From: Bacteroidota bacterium
GTDB taxonomy: Bacteria; Bacteroidota; Ignavibacteria; UBA10030
Length of the DNA stretch: 64,000 nucleotides
NCBI GenBank assembly: GCA_049522195.1
Contig: JBEKOB010000011.1
Location: 6 to 64,005, forward strand
Direction of reading: 5' to 3'
Below are positions 55,735 to 64,000 of the stretch, piece by piece. The number at the start of each line of letters is the position of its first letter. The stretch's first letter is position 1. A program made the translations under genes and the position numbers. Below the pieces are notes generated by a model, which worked only from the letters and a program-made list of their open reading frames with translations, searched no databases and was not told where the DNA came from.

Positions 55735-56991
55735 ATGAATCGCATTGCATACATTCTTGTCCTATTGATGCTCTGTTCGGTGGGCAGCATTGCCGGAGAA
55801 CGGGCCCAGATCATTGTCGCCGCCGATGGGAGCGGAATGTTCCGGACGATTCAAGATGCGCTGAACTCCATTCCAAAGAATAATGCGAATCCTGTCATCA
55901 TCCTTGTGAAGAAAGGGACTTATCACGAGAAGCTCTTCATAGAGAAGAGCTTTGTCACTCTCGTTGGTGAGGACCGGGACAGCACGAGAATTGTGTATGC
56001 GGAGTTTCGCGAGAATTGGACAAAGGCTCACAATGGGAATGACTGGGGCTCCGGAGTTGTGAATATCGATTCGACTGCGACCGATATCGTCCTAGCAAAC
56101 CTGACGATCTACAATAATTACGGCTCTCTCTACCATACAGCGGCACATCAGTTTGCGGTCAGGGGAAACGGAACGCGTGTGATGATCCTGTACTGCAATG
56201 TCATCGCTGACGGCAATGATACCGTGAGCCTGTGGAATCGTGCGAACGGTCTCTATTATCATGCCAATTGCTACTTTGAAGGGTGGGTAGATTATGTATG
56301 TCCGCGGGGATGGTGCTACATAACAGACAGTAAATTCTATGGCCATAATCTGAGCGCGAGCATCTGGCACGATGGGAGATTTGACAAGGACCAGAAGTTT
56401 GTGATCCGGTATTCGAGTCTCGACGGTGTCCCGAATTTCCCGCTGGGAAGACATCATCGTGATGCGCAGATCTATCTGCTCGATTGCATCTTCTCACGTA
56501 CTATGGCTGACAGACCCATTTACCTGCCGGTGTCCCCTAATGCAGAAGTATGGAAGTGGGGAGCGCGTCACTATTTCTACAATTGTCATCGTGAGGGGGG
56601 AGACTACGACTGGTTCGCGGACAATCTGAGTGAGGCCGACGGTTCGCCGAAGGCGGACCAGATATCGGCAAAGTGGACATTTGCGGGCAAATGGGATCCC
56701 GAGGGGACAATGCCGTCGGTGCTACCGTTTGTGTCACAGGCGTCGCCGCGCAATGGATTGTACAAGATCCCGACAGAAAACCTTATGGTCAACTGGGTTC
56801 CCTCAAGGAATGCCCAGACAAGCCTTGTCTATTTCAGCAAGAACGGGAATCCTGAATTGGCTGCAAATCAGAAAGAGCATATTTTCAAAGTGGGCGCCCT
56901 GGAACCAAGAACAACCTACTACTGGCGAATTGACGAGATCGTGGATCGGGATACGGTAAAGGGTCCTCTGTGGCACTTCACCACGCGTTAA
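55735..56991 (+). CDS. Divergent pectinesterase-like (CE8) protein with C-terminal extension
   Basis: ORF 55690..56991 trimmed to ATG 55735 (signal peptide). IIVAADGSGMFRTIQDAL N-terminus as in CE8. Canonical blocks are altered: HQFAVRG for QAVAL, DGNDTVS for GxQDTL, GWVDYVCP for GxxDFIFG. Confidence 0.6.
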   Translation: MNRIAYILVLLMLCSVGSIAGERAQIIVAADGSGMFRTIQDALNSIPKNNANPVIILVKKGTYHEKLFIEKSFVTLVGEDRDSTRIVYAEFRENWTKAHNGNDWGSGVVNIDSTATDIVLANLTIYNNYGSLYHTAAHQFAVRGNGTRVMILYCNVIADGNDTVSLWNRANGLYYHANCYFEGWVDYVCPRGWCYITDSKFYGHNLSASIWHDGRFDKDQKFVIRYSSLDGVPNFPLGRHHRDAQIYLLDCIFSRTMADRPIYLPVSPNAEVWKWGARHYFYNCHREGGDYDWFADNLSEADGSPKADQISAKWTFAGKWDPEGTMPSVLPFVSQASPRNGLYKIPTENLMVNWVPSRNAQTSLVYFSKNGNPELAANQKEHIFKVGALEPRTTYYWRIDEIVDRDTVKGPLWHFTTR

Positions 56992-57079
56992 CAACATAGA
57001 ATTATCAATTGTCAATTGACCGTTCACTATTGGCCATTATCGAGGATCTCTCAACATTCATCACAAGCAAAGGAACCCC

Positions 57080-57946
57080 GTGAACCTCACACACTTTGGT
57101 GTCATAGCGCTCGTGCTCTGTCTCGCTTTGACTCGGAGCTGGTCACAACAAACCATCCGTCTCTGGCCGCAGACACTTGGGAAATCGGACAAGGACAATC
57201 CGACGCTGACGATGTATGAACCCGATTCCGGCAAAGCAAATGGATCCGCAATCATTATTTGTCCGGGAGGAGCGTACAGGGGACTCGCAGCACACGAAGG
57301 GGAAGACTACGCGCGATTTCTGACAACCTACGGCATCACGGGATTTGTGCTGAAGTACCGACACGGAGGTGGCGGATACAAGTATCCTGAAATCACGGCT
57401 GACGCAGCCCGCGCAATCAGAATTGTTCGGGCGAATGCACGTGATTGGAAACTGAACCCCAAGAAAATCGGCATCATGGGATCCTCTGCCGGTGGACATC
57501 TCGCATCGACGATGATGACTCACTTTGATGCGGGCGATCGAAACTCATCCGATTCCGTCGAACGCGTCAGCTCGCGTCCTGATTTTGGTATTCTTTGCTA
57601 TCCAGTTATCTCGATGGGACCGATCGGCCACAAAGTCTCGCGTGAGCAGTTTCTCGGACTCACCCCGTCGCCGGAGCTGGTAAGGCTGTACTCAAACGAA
57701 CTCCAGGTGACCGACGCTACACCCCCGTGTTTCTTGTGGCATACGTACGAGGACAGTGCTGTCAGTGTGAAAAACAGTCTTGAGTTCGCGAAGGCACTGG
57801 AGGAACATGGTATTCCGTTCGATCTTCATGTCTACGAGCATGGGAGACATGGCCTTGGGCTCGGTGATAAACCTCCATTTGCCAACACGCTTCCGTGGAC
57901 GAAAGATCTCATCGTGTGGCTTAAAGTTCGCGGCGTCATCAAATAG
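57080..57946 (+). CDS. Secreted alpha/beta-hydrolase esterase (probable carbohydrate acetyl/feruloyl esterase)
   Basis: GTG start behind AAAGGAA. Signal peptide. Oxyanion block ICPGGAY, nucleophile elbow GSSAGGH, and a C-terminal H in YEHGRHG. Confidence 0.7.
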   Translation: MNLTHFGVIALVLCLALTRSWSQQTIRLWPQTLGKSDKDNPTLTMYEPDSGKANGSAIIICPGGAYRGLAAHEGEDYARFLTTYGITGFVLKYRHGGGGYKYPEITADAARAIRIVRANARDWKLNPKKIGIMGSSAGGHLASTMMTHFDAGDRNSSDSVERVSSRPDFGILCYPVISMGPIGHKVSREQFLGLTPSPELVRLYSNELQVTDATPPCFLWHTYEDSAVSVKNSLEFAKALEEHGIPFDLHVYEHGRHGLGLGDKPPFANTLPWTKDLIVWLKVRGVIK

Positions 57947-58212
57947 GAACTCGGCTGTTTGATGTTCGCATGCAGGAGTTCATGCTGATCTCTGAGAATT
58001 GTGAACAACGATCGTTGTGAGCATGCTCCTGTCACTCGAACGCAACCATCGTGTTGATGGCCGGAACAAGCAAGACATTCATCGTCAGTTATGAGAATAC
58101 ACATTAGGATAGCATCGCGTAGGAGATTCTCGGGCGAGGATAGCCCACCGGATATCCAGACGGGTCCTGCTTTTGACTTTGGGAGGCATGTTTTCTACGT
58201 TAGACACGAAGA

Positions 58213-58234
58213 TTTGCGTTATCGTTAACGCAAA
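58213..58234. promoter_or_regulatory. 22-bp near-perfect palindrome TTTGCGTTAtCGtTAACGCAAA, a candidate LacI-type operator
   Basis: 10 of 11 base pairs are symmetric about a central CG. It lies about 12 nt downstream of a possible promoter (TTGACT 58173, 17-nt spacer, TACGTT) and 190 nt upstream of the GH28 start. Confidence 0.5.
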
Positions 58235-58423
58235 CGGTTAAGTAGCCCTCCGCACCGATTTGTACAGGCCCCTTAATTTGTTGATGAGGGGATGTATTCG
58301 TTCTTGACGAGCTCCACACAACTACGACAGGTATGTGCCCCTGGCACTCTCGATCATTGCAGTTCCGCGTTCGATCTGGGGTGTAGGTGGCCATTGAATC
58401 ACCTTCAGAAAGAACCATACCTC

Positions 58424-59818
58424 ATGCTACGACTTAAGAACTTCGTTCTCACCCTCACTGCGTCGTCGCTCCTCCTGTCGGTTCCAAGCCTTGCGCAGAA
58501 AGCAAGCCCTGCAACCAATGGATGGAATAAACTGCCAGCAATTCTGAAGCGCATCGCTCCGCCAAAATTCCCGGTGAGAGATTTTGCCGTGACGCAATTT
58601 GGCGCTGTCGGAGATGGGAAGACCGATTGCAGCAAGGCATTTGCGGACGCTATAGACAAATGCAACAAGGCGGGTGGGGGGAGGGTTGTGGTGCCGGCGG
58701 GCATGTACGCCACAGGTGCGATTCACCTGAAGAGCAACGTTAACTTGTATGTCTCGAAAGAAGCGACCATTCGATTCAGTACAGATCCCGGAAAATACCT
58801 GCCTGCGGTTTTCACGCGGTGGGAGGGGACAGAGTGCATGAACTACTCCGCGCTTATTTACGCCTTCGAGCAAACCAACATTGCAGTGACCGGCGAGGGA
58901 GTTCTTGACGGACAGGGATCAGATGACAACTGGTGGTCATGGAAAGGGAACAGACAAGGCAGTACAGGGAAGCCGAATCAGAACGAAGCCAGGAAGAAAC
59001 TCCTCGAAATGGGAGAGAAAAACGTCCCGGTCAAAGATCGGGTTTTCGGCGAAGGCTCCTGCCTTCGTCCGAATTTCTTCCAGCCATACCGGTGCAAAAA
59101 TGTTCTGGTAGAAGGCGTGACGTTCAAAAACTCTCCGATGTGGTTTCTCAATCCTGTGTTGTGCAAAAATGTCTCGGTCATCCGCGTCACGACTGACGGG
59201 CAGGGACCGAACAATGACGGCTGCGATCCCGAATCGTGCACAGATGTGCTGATCAAGACTTGCTTTTTCAATACCGGTGATGATTGCATTGCGATCAAGT
59301 CGGGGAGAAATGGGGATGGCCGGCGTGTCAACGTGCCGTGCGAAAACATTGTCGTGCAGGGATGCACGATGAAAAACGGTCACGGAGGGGTCGTCATCGG
59401 AAGCGAGGTAAGTGGCAGTGTAAGAAATGTGTACGCTGAAGGGTGCACCATGGACAGCCCGAATCTCGACAGGGCGTTGAGAATCAAAACAAACGCTGTC
59501 CGGGGAGGAATCATTGAGAATGTCTTCATGCGCAATGTCAAGGTGGGCCAGGTTGCCGAAGCGGTTGTGAAAATCGATTTCTATTATGAAGAGGGGGACA
59601 AGGGGAGTTTCATTCCTATTGTCCGCAATGTGGATGTCAGGGATGTCGAGTGCAACAAGAGTCAGTTTGGAGTTTGGATCCGTGCGTATGATCGATCACC
59701 CGCAACGGGAGTTCATATCGAAAACTGTATATTCAACAACGTGGCTGAAGCGGATGTTCTCGACAACGTCAAAGACCTCAGCTTGATCAATGTGAAGACG
59801 ACATTTCGGACAAAGTAA
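58424..59818 (+). CDS. GH28 polygalacturonase (second copy)
   Basis: ORF 58292..59818 trimmed to ATG 58424 (signal peptide MLRLKNFVLTLTASSLLLSVPSLAQ). Blocks GPNNDGCDP, GDDCIAIKSG, NGHGGVVIGS and ALRIKT. Confidence 0.85.
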   Translation: MLRLKNFVLTLTASSLLLSVPSLAQKASPATNGWNKLPAILKRIAPPKFPVRDFAVTQFGAVGDGKTDCSKAFADAIDKCNKAGGGRVVVPAGMYATGAIHLKSNVNLYVSKEATIRFSTDPGKYLPAVFTRWEGTECMNYSALIYAFEQTNIAVTGEGVLDGQGSDDNWWSWKGNRQGSTGKPNQNEARKKLLEMGEKNVPVKDRVFGEGSCLRPNFFQPYRCKNVLVEGVTFKNSPMWFLNPVLCKNVSVIRVTTDGQGPNNDGCDPESCTDVLIKTCFFNTGDDCIAIKSGRNGDGRRVNVPCENIVVQGCTMKNGHGGVVIGSEVSGSVRNVYAEGCTMDSPNLDRALRIKTNAVRGGIIENVFMRNVKVGQVAEAVVKIDFYYEEGDKGSFIPIVRNVDVRDVECNKSQFGVWIRAYDRSPATGVHIENCIFNNVAEADVLDNVKDLSLINVKTTFRTK

Positions 59819-59886
59819 AGCGTTGGAGTTGATCAACCAGTATAGATTGTAGTATAGATTCAGTTCATCAAGTGAAAGGATCTCAC

Positions 59887-62880
59887 ATGACAACTAGTAC
59901 TTCCTCACGAACCCTGGGCAGTTGGAATCTCGCTGTGTCAGGGCTGGAGTGGCGAGGGGTTCACCCTTTGTGGCGGAAGGTCCGGATCGTTCTCGGCCTC
60001 ATTGTACTGATGCTGCTGGCGACTGGTTCGCTTTTGGCCCAGAGTGGTGGAAAGTTATCGGGAAAGGTGACGGATGATGCGACAGGCGAGCCGCTGCCGG
60101 GCTGTAACGTCGTCATTGTTGGCACCGTAATGGGAGCCTCGACCGATGCAGACGGGACCTACTTCATCCTTAATGTGCCGCCAGGAAAATACGATGTGCA
60201 GACATCGGTGATCGGCTACAAAAGGATCCTGGAAAGCGGCGTCATCATGAATTCCGGCAAAACGACAGTGGTGAATTTCAAACTTCGGCTGACAGAATTG
60301 ATTCAGAAGGAAGTGGTCATTGAAGCCACACGCCCGGATGTGCAGCCGGAGAAAACATCCACCAGCACGGTGATTCGCCCGGAAGACGTTCAGAGTCTTG
60401 CCGGTATGAGGGACGTCAATGATGTTATCGGGTTGGCTGCCGACGTCACTGACGGCCACTTCCGCGGGGGCCGCGCCAACGAAGAATACTACTTGTTGCA
60501 GGGTATGGGCATTACGAATCCTTATGATGCCACGGCGGCGTTTAGGCCGATCCTCAGTGCTGTGGAAGAAGTTGAGGTGATCACGAGCGGCTTTGGCGCG
60601 CAGTACGGCAATGCTCAATCGGGCATCGTGAACATCACGATGAAAGAAGGGAAACCAGATAAGTGGACCTCGAGGCTGGAAGTGCGGGGACGTGCACCGG
60701 GGCTAAAGTACTTCGGTCCAAGTGTCTATGACCAGAGCGCTAACCCGTATCTTCAAAAACTAGCCGACCCAAACTTCTGGAAATACGGTGATGCAACGAC
60801 CGGCAACAGGTCTATCGTCGGATGGACGCCGACAAACTACGGCGGCGATTCGTCGGTGATGCTGCAATTCTCGCAGGCTCTCTGGAAGAGTGCAACATCA
60901 AGAGACCTGAACAAGAACTACTGGAAATCGCAAATCGATTACAGCGTTGAAGGTGCAGCCGGCGGTCCGCTAGCTAACGGGGTAACGATGTTTCTTGCTC
61001 TGAGGTCTAATATCGAAAACGCTATCGTCCCCACGGAAGAGCCCAACAAGCAGTACCAACTCATGGGCAATTTCGCATTCGATCTTGGATCGGGAGCAAC
61101 ACTCCGGCTGAGCGGAGGATACCAGTTCGAATCCGACAACATTTTAGGAACCGGAACGGGATTTTACCAGTGGATATGGGACAGAATTCTGGGGATTTCG
61201 TACCAGGAGAAGACGAATGCGCAGTTCGGCGCACGATTCACACAAGCGATCAGCCCCCGGACGTTCTATGAACTCAAACTTAATACCCTCCGTACGACAA
61301 ATAGGCTGGGGACCTCTCCGTACTACGATGTCATAACGGACGCAGTGCGAAACATGGAGACAGGCACTGCGATTATCTCAAGAGCAATGAATTTTATGTA
61401 TTACCAGAACATGACGGGCAAGACATTCTTCTACCTCGGTAATAACCTCAGCAACTTCAACGATGAGAAAACGACAACCGTCTCCTTGGATGCGTCGATG
61501 ACGAGCCAGGTGACAAATTCACACATGGTCAACGGAGGGATTCAGGCCAACTACTATGATCTTGCCATCAATGATATTGCCCAGATAGCTTCGAAGGGGA
61601 GCATCAGGTTGCAGAACTTCACTGGCAATCCGTATGAACTGGCGTTGTATGCGCAGGACAAAATGGAATTCGAGGGAATGATTGCCAACGTCGGCTTGCG
61701 CTGGGACGTTTGGAATTCGAACAATTATTACTATCTCGATCAGTTCGATCCATTCGTCGTTCGAGATTCGCTCGGCAATCCGACTCTGAATTACAGCTCC
61801 GACCTTGCGCCGAAAGTGAAAGCAAAACCCATCGCACGCTTGCAGCCTCGCGTCGGTGTTTCGTTCCCCGTTTCGACAACAACGGTCTTTCATTTGAATT
61901 ATGGCACGTTCATGCAGAGGCCGTCGTTCCAGAACGTTCTCGGTACAAACGAGAAGATGCCTCCGCCTCCCTCGCCTGCTGCCGTGTACAGCCTGGGCAA
62001 CCCAAGGCTCAGACCGCAGGTAACTGATCAGTACGACATCGGTGTGATGCAGGGGCTGGGACAGGGATTTACACTTGATGTGAGCGGATATTACAAAGAT
62101 ATCAAGGATTTGATCGATCAGGCTGTCTTCACGAACCTGTCTACCGGGACGAGCTACTTTTCGTACTTCAACAGGGACTACGCTGATGTCAGGGGATTCC
62201 GGGTGCAGTTGGCGAACAGGAGAGGTGCGTTAACCGGATCTCTCAACTATCAATTTAGCGTGGCAACGGGCAAGAGTTCATCCGCTTCGAATGCTCCGGT
62301 GGCGGTCACAAAAGACCTCACGGGAGGTGTCTCGACGGATGCCGTCTCCAAAGTTCCGGTGAAGGATGTTCTCCTAAACTTCGATCGTACTCACAATCTT
62401 ATTCTCAATCTGGCATACATCACGCGTGACCAGTTCGGTCCAGCACTCTGGGATGTGTATCCACTCGAGAACGTGATTATCTCCGCCAATTCGTTTGCGC
62501 GGAGCGGGCGCCCCTATACATCTCCGGACAATGCGAACGATGTCAACGGACTTCGCTCTCCGGCGGAATACAACACCAACCTCAGGGTGTCGAAGAGTTT
62601 CAAGAACTTCTTTGGAATGCCCGCGACGCTCTACGTCGAGGTGTTTAACGCGTTCAATAACAAAATCTACAATTACAACTACATCTTCAGTACTGCCAAC
62701 AAGATCGATCAGAATGATGCAACGAGACGATACACCCAATATGCGTTCAATGACCCGGCCCAGGGAATCCTGTACTGGGATGATCAGAACGTCGGCAGCG
62801 CCTTCGCCGAGGATCATTCGTTCATGCTCTATGACAATTCACCTCGGGCATTCTATATCGGCCTTTCCCTTGAATTCTGA
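59887..62880 (+). CDS. TonB-dependent outer-membrane receptor (second), with carboxypeptidase-regulatory-like N-domain
   Basis: ATG 59887 behind GAAAGGA (GTG 59872 is an alternative start). GKVTDDATGEPLPGCNVVIVGT...YDVQTSVIGY. Plug region. Terminal aromatic residue in ...GLSLEF. Confidence 0.85.
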   Translation: MTTSTSSRTLGSWNLAVSGLEWRGVHPLWRKVRIVLGLIVLMLLATGSLLAQSGGKLSGKVTDDATGEPLPGCNVVIVGTVMGASTDADGTYFILNVPPGKYDVQTSVIGYKRILESGVIMNSGKTTVVNFKLRLTELIQKEVVIEATRPDVQPEKTSTSTVIRPEDVQSLAGMRDVNDVIGLAADVTDGHFRGGRANEEYYLLQGMGITNPYDATAAFRPILSAVEEVEVITSGFGAQYGNAQSGIVNITMKEGKPDKWTSRLEVRGRAPGLKYFGPSVYDQSANPYLQKLADPNFWKYGDATTGNRSIVGWTPTNYGGDSSVMLQFSQALWKSATSRDLNKNYWKSQIDYSVEGAAGGPLANGVTMFLALRSNIENAIVPTEEPNKQYQLMGNFAFDLGSGATLRLSGGYQFESDNILGTGTGFYQWIWDRILGISYQEKTNAQFGARFTQAISPRTFYELKLNTLRTTNRLGTSPYYDVITDAVRNMETGTAIISRAMNFMYYQNMTGKTFFYLGNNLSNFNDEKTTTVSLDASMTSQVTNSHMVNGGIQANYYDLAINDIAQIASKGSIRLQNFTGNPYELALYAQDKMEFEGMIANVGLRWDVWNSNNYYYLDQFDPFVVRDSLGNPTLNYSSDLAPKVKAKPIARLQPRVGVSFPVSTTTVFHLNYGTFMQRPSFQNVLGTNEKMPPPPSPAAVYSLGNPRLRPQVTDQYDIGVMQGLGQGFTLDVSGYYKDIKDLIDQAVFTNLSTGTSYFSYFNRDYADVRGFRVQLANRRGALTGSLNYQFSVATGKSSSASNAPVAVTKDLTGGVSTDAVSKVPVKDVLLNFDRTHNLILNLAYITRDQFGPALWDVYPLENVIISANSFARSGRPYTSPDNANDVNGLRSPAEYNTNLRVSKSFKNFFGMPATLYVEVFNAFNNKIYNYNYIFSTANKIDQNDATRRYTQYAFNDPAQGILYWDDQNVGSAFAEDHSFMLYDNSPRAFYIGLSLEF

Positions 62881-62909
62881 TAACCTTCAAACATTAGCGA
62901 GACTCTGAC

Positions 62910-64000
62910 ATGAAACAGACAACTGTTCTTCTTCTCATGCTAGTGTTGTTCTCGTCTGCAGCGCTGTCGCAGCGTGATTTCAAAACGCATACGCGCAGCA
63001 TGCTCCGCCAGACGATCTATAACACCGGTGAAACTGGAAGGGCCCTCGAAGCAAGTAATTCGACTACCATCGGGTTACCAGACGGGACATCGTCACTGGA
63101 ATGGCCCCCGAATTCGAAGCAGACATTAAACCAGATCGTGTACTGGGGACATCAGAATGGATTTGGAGGAGGAATTCTCTTCCAGGCCAAGATCAACGGA
63201 ACGTACGTCGCAAAGGCCTGCGGTGGAATCACGGATGGATCCGGTAATGCCACGACGATCGCCGGTATCTATGTCATTCCCGGCAGCATCACGCGGACAG
63301 AGAATTTCCCGGTACTAGCCGACGGATCATTGAACACGGGGTACAATCCGAATGAAGCCGAGGAGATCATCACCACAAAGTACCGGACGACAGACCCGAT
63401 GAAGCTCACGATCACACAGACGAGCAGGGCATGGAGCTTCCCGGGGTACGATGCGTTCATTATTATCGAGTACGACATCGTCAACGATGATGTGATGGAT
63501 TATACCGATGGCATGGTGATGTTCGAGAACGCCATTGCCCCGTCGGCTTTTGGCTTGCAAAGAAGATACGGTCTTTGGAATGAGTCAGCCAATACGACGC
63601 GATCCAGGGAGGTGTACGCGCGGTACAACTTCACGCGTTACCTAAGTTACGTGCACGGCAGAGATGGATTTCCTGATCCACAGTATTTCAATGCGTGGTC
63701 CACAGATGGTAATCGGGGAGGATTGGACGGGCCGCAAGCTGTTGGCGTTATGATCCTGCACTACGATTACGACAATCTGCAACCGAAGAGTCAAACGTCC
63801 TACACGCTCTCGGATACAGCCCGGGTATGGGACGCAAACGGCAAATTTCTCCAACCGTATGGTTCGCAGGTGATACCAAACAGGAATGTGGATTTGAGCG
63901 CATCTCGAGCAATTTCATATGGATTGACTCTATCGAGCCGTACATACTCCGCGTTCGATTTCAGATCTACCACGTCGACGGCTAAAACAGACTCGACCTA
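62910..64000 (+). CDS. Secreted protein of unknown function, 3'-truncated by the window end
   Basis: My own translation from ATG 62910 gives MKQTTVLLLMLVLFSSAALSQRDFKTH..., open with no stop through nt 64000 (363 codons). It is absent from the ORF track because no stop lies in the window. It starts 27 nt after the receptor gene. Confidence 0.6.
   Translation, partial: MKQTTVLLLMLVLFSSAALSQRDFKTHTRSMLRQTIYNTGETGRALEASNSTTIGLPDGTSSLEWPPNSKQTLNQIVYWGHQNGFGGGILFQAKINGTYVAKACGGITDGSGNATTIAGIYVIPGSITRTENFPVLADGSLNTGYNPNEAEEIITTKYRTTDPMKLTITQTSRAWSFPGYDAFIIIEYDIVNDDVMDYTDGMVMFENAIAPSAFGLQRRYGLWNESANTTRSREVYARYNFTRYLSYVHGRDGFPDPQYFNAWSTDGNRGGLDGPQAVGVMILHYDYDNLQPKSQTSYTLSDTARVWDANGKFLQPYGSQVIPNRNVDLSASRAISYGLTLSSRTYSAFDFRSTTSTAKTDST

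Noticed and set aside
57004-57020. ATCAATTG-TCAATTGAC (with GTCAATTGAC as a perfect 10-bp palindrome) upstream of the esterase gene, considered as an operator or promoter.
   Set aside because: It is a short AT-rich palindrome containing CAATTG twice, with no matching -10 at sensible spacing and no second copy elsewhere in the window. It could easily arise by chance.
58200-58418. A 72-aa minus-strand ORF lying entirely within the 477-nt non-coding gap upstream of the second GH28.
   Set aside because: It has no RBS, an odd composition and no motif, and it runs across the palindromic operator candidate and the putative promoter. It is more likely regulatory DNA than a gene, although a small protein cannot be formally excluded.
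675-63945. Many long minus-strand ORFs in the track, for example 9178-10140, 12569-13501, 17430-18317, 22753-23790, 25575-26417, 30242-31024, 47133-48011, 49656-50570, 51230-52129, 52966-53763 and 54786-55814.
   Set aside because: Each lies fully antisense to a + strand gene that has strong family motifs, an RBS or a paralog. Their translations are Arg/His/Cys-rich low-information sequences with no motifs. They are shadow ORFs typical of moderately GC-rich coding DNA.
1-64000. A mobile element, genomic island or defence system.
   Set aside because: There is no integrase, transposase, tRNA target, flanking direct repeats, toxin-antitoxin-like pair, or nuclease/helicase/methylase gene. Composition looks uniform by eye. 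The content is metabolic and CAZyme genes throughout.

Overview
This 64-kb segment has about 47 supportable CDS, all on the + strand. I saw no rRNA, tRNA, CRISPR array, integrase or transposase.

Taxonomic inference: probably an FCB-superphylum bacterium of the Ignavibacteria-like kind. Three secreted enzymes end in a type IX secretion C-terminal sorting domain ([11 protein letters not shown]...), and the TonB-dependent receptors lack SusD partners.

Three functional blocks:
1. nt 1-16400: a purine-type molybdenum-hydroxylase cluster. It holds an XdhB-like subunit, a second L/M/S hydroxylase, an SsnA-like amidohydrolase, a split PreT/PreA dihydropyrimidine-dehydrogenase-like pair, a YgeW-like carbamoyltransferase, a YgeY-like M20 hydrolase, two fold-type-II PLP enzymes and XdhC.
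2. nt 16600-36500: hexuronate and unsaturated-uronate catabolism under an AraR-type regulator (kduD, GH88, kduI, uxaC, exuT, SDR uxuB-like, kdgK). Unusual inserts interrupt or extend it: a tandem pair of unknown paralogous proteins, a membrane H+-pyrophosphatase, and an operon of a second KdgK-like kinase, a LarA-family nickel-pincer epimerase homolog, pdxB-like, gnd and uxaE-like.
3. nt 36500-64000: two PUL-like pectin/rhamnogalacturonan loci. They contain two TonB-dependent receptors, T9SS-sorted beta-helix proteins, PL1 and PL9 lyases, two GH28, GH105, GH43, CE8 (two), a CE12 fusion, an alpha/beta esterase, a LacI regulator and a TAT-exported Gfo/Idh/MocA enzyme.

Most interesting leads:
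- A possible mannonate-to-gluconate-to-6-phosphogluconate bypass of the classical UxuA/KdgA route.
- The uncharacterised tandem paralogs next to the pyrophosphatase.
- The re-wired reductive purine cluster.
- Two intergenic arrays of 7-nt-register repeats inside the purine operon.
- A 22-bp near-perfect palindrome plus a box shared between the leaders of the two pectin loci.

All functional calls come from reading motifs by eye. No database search was possible.
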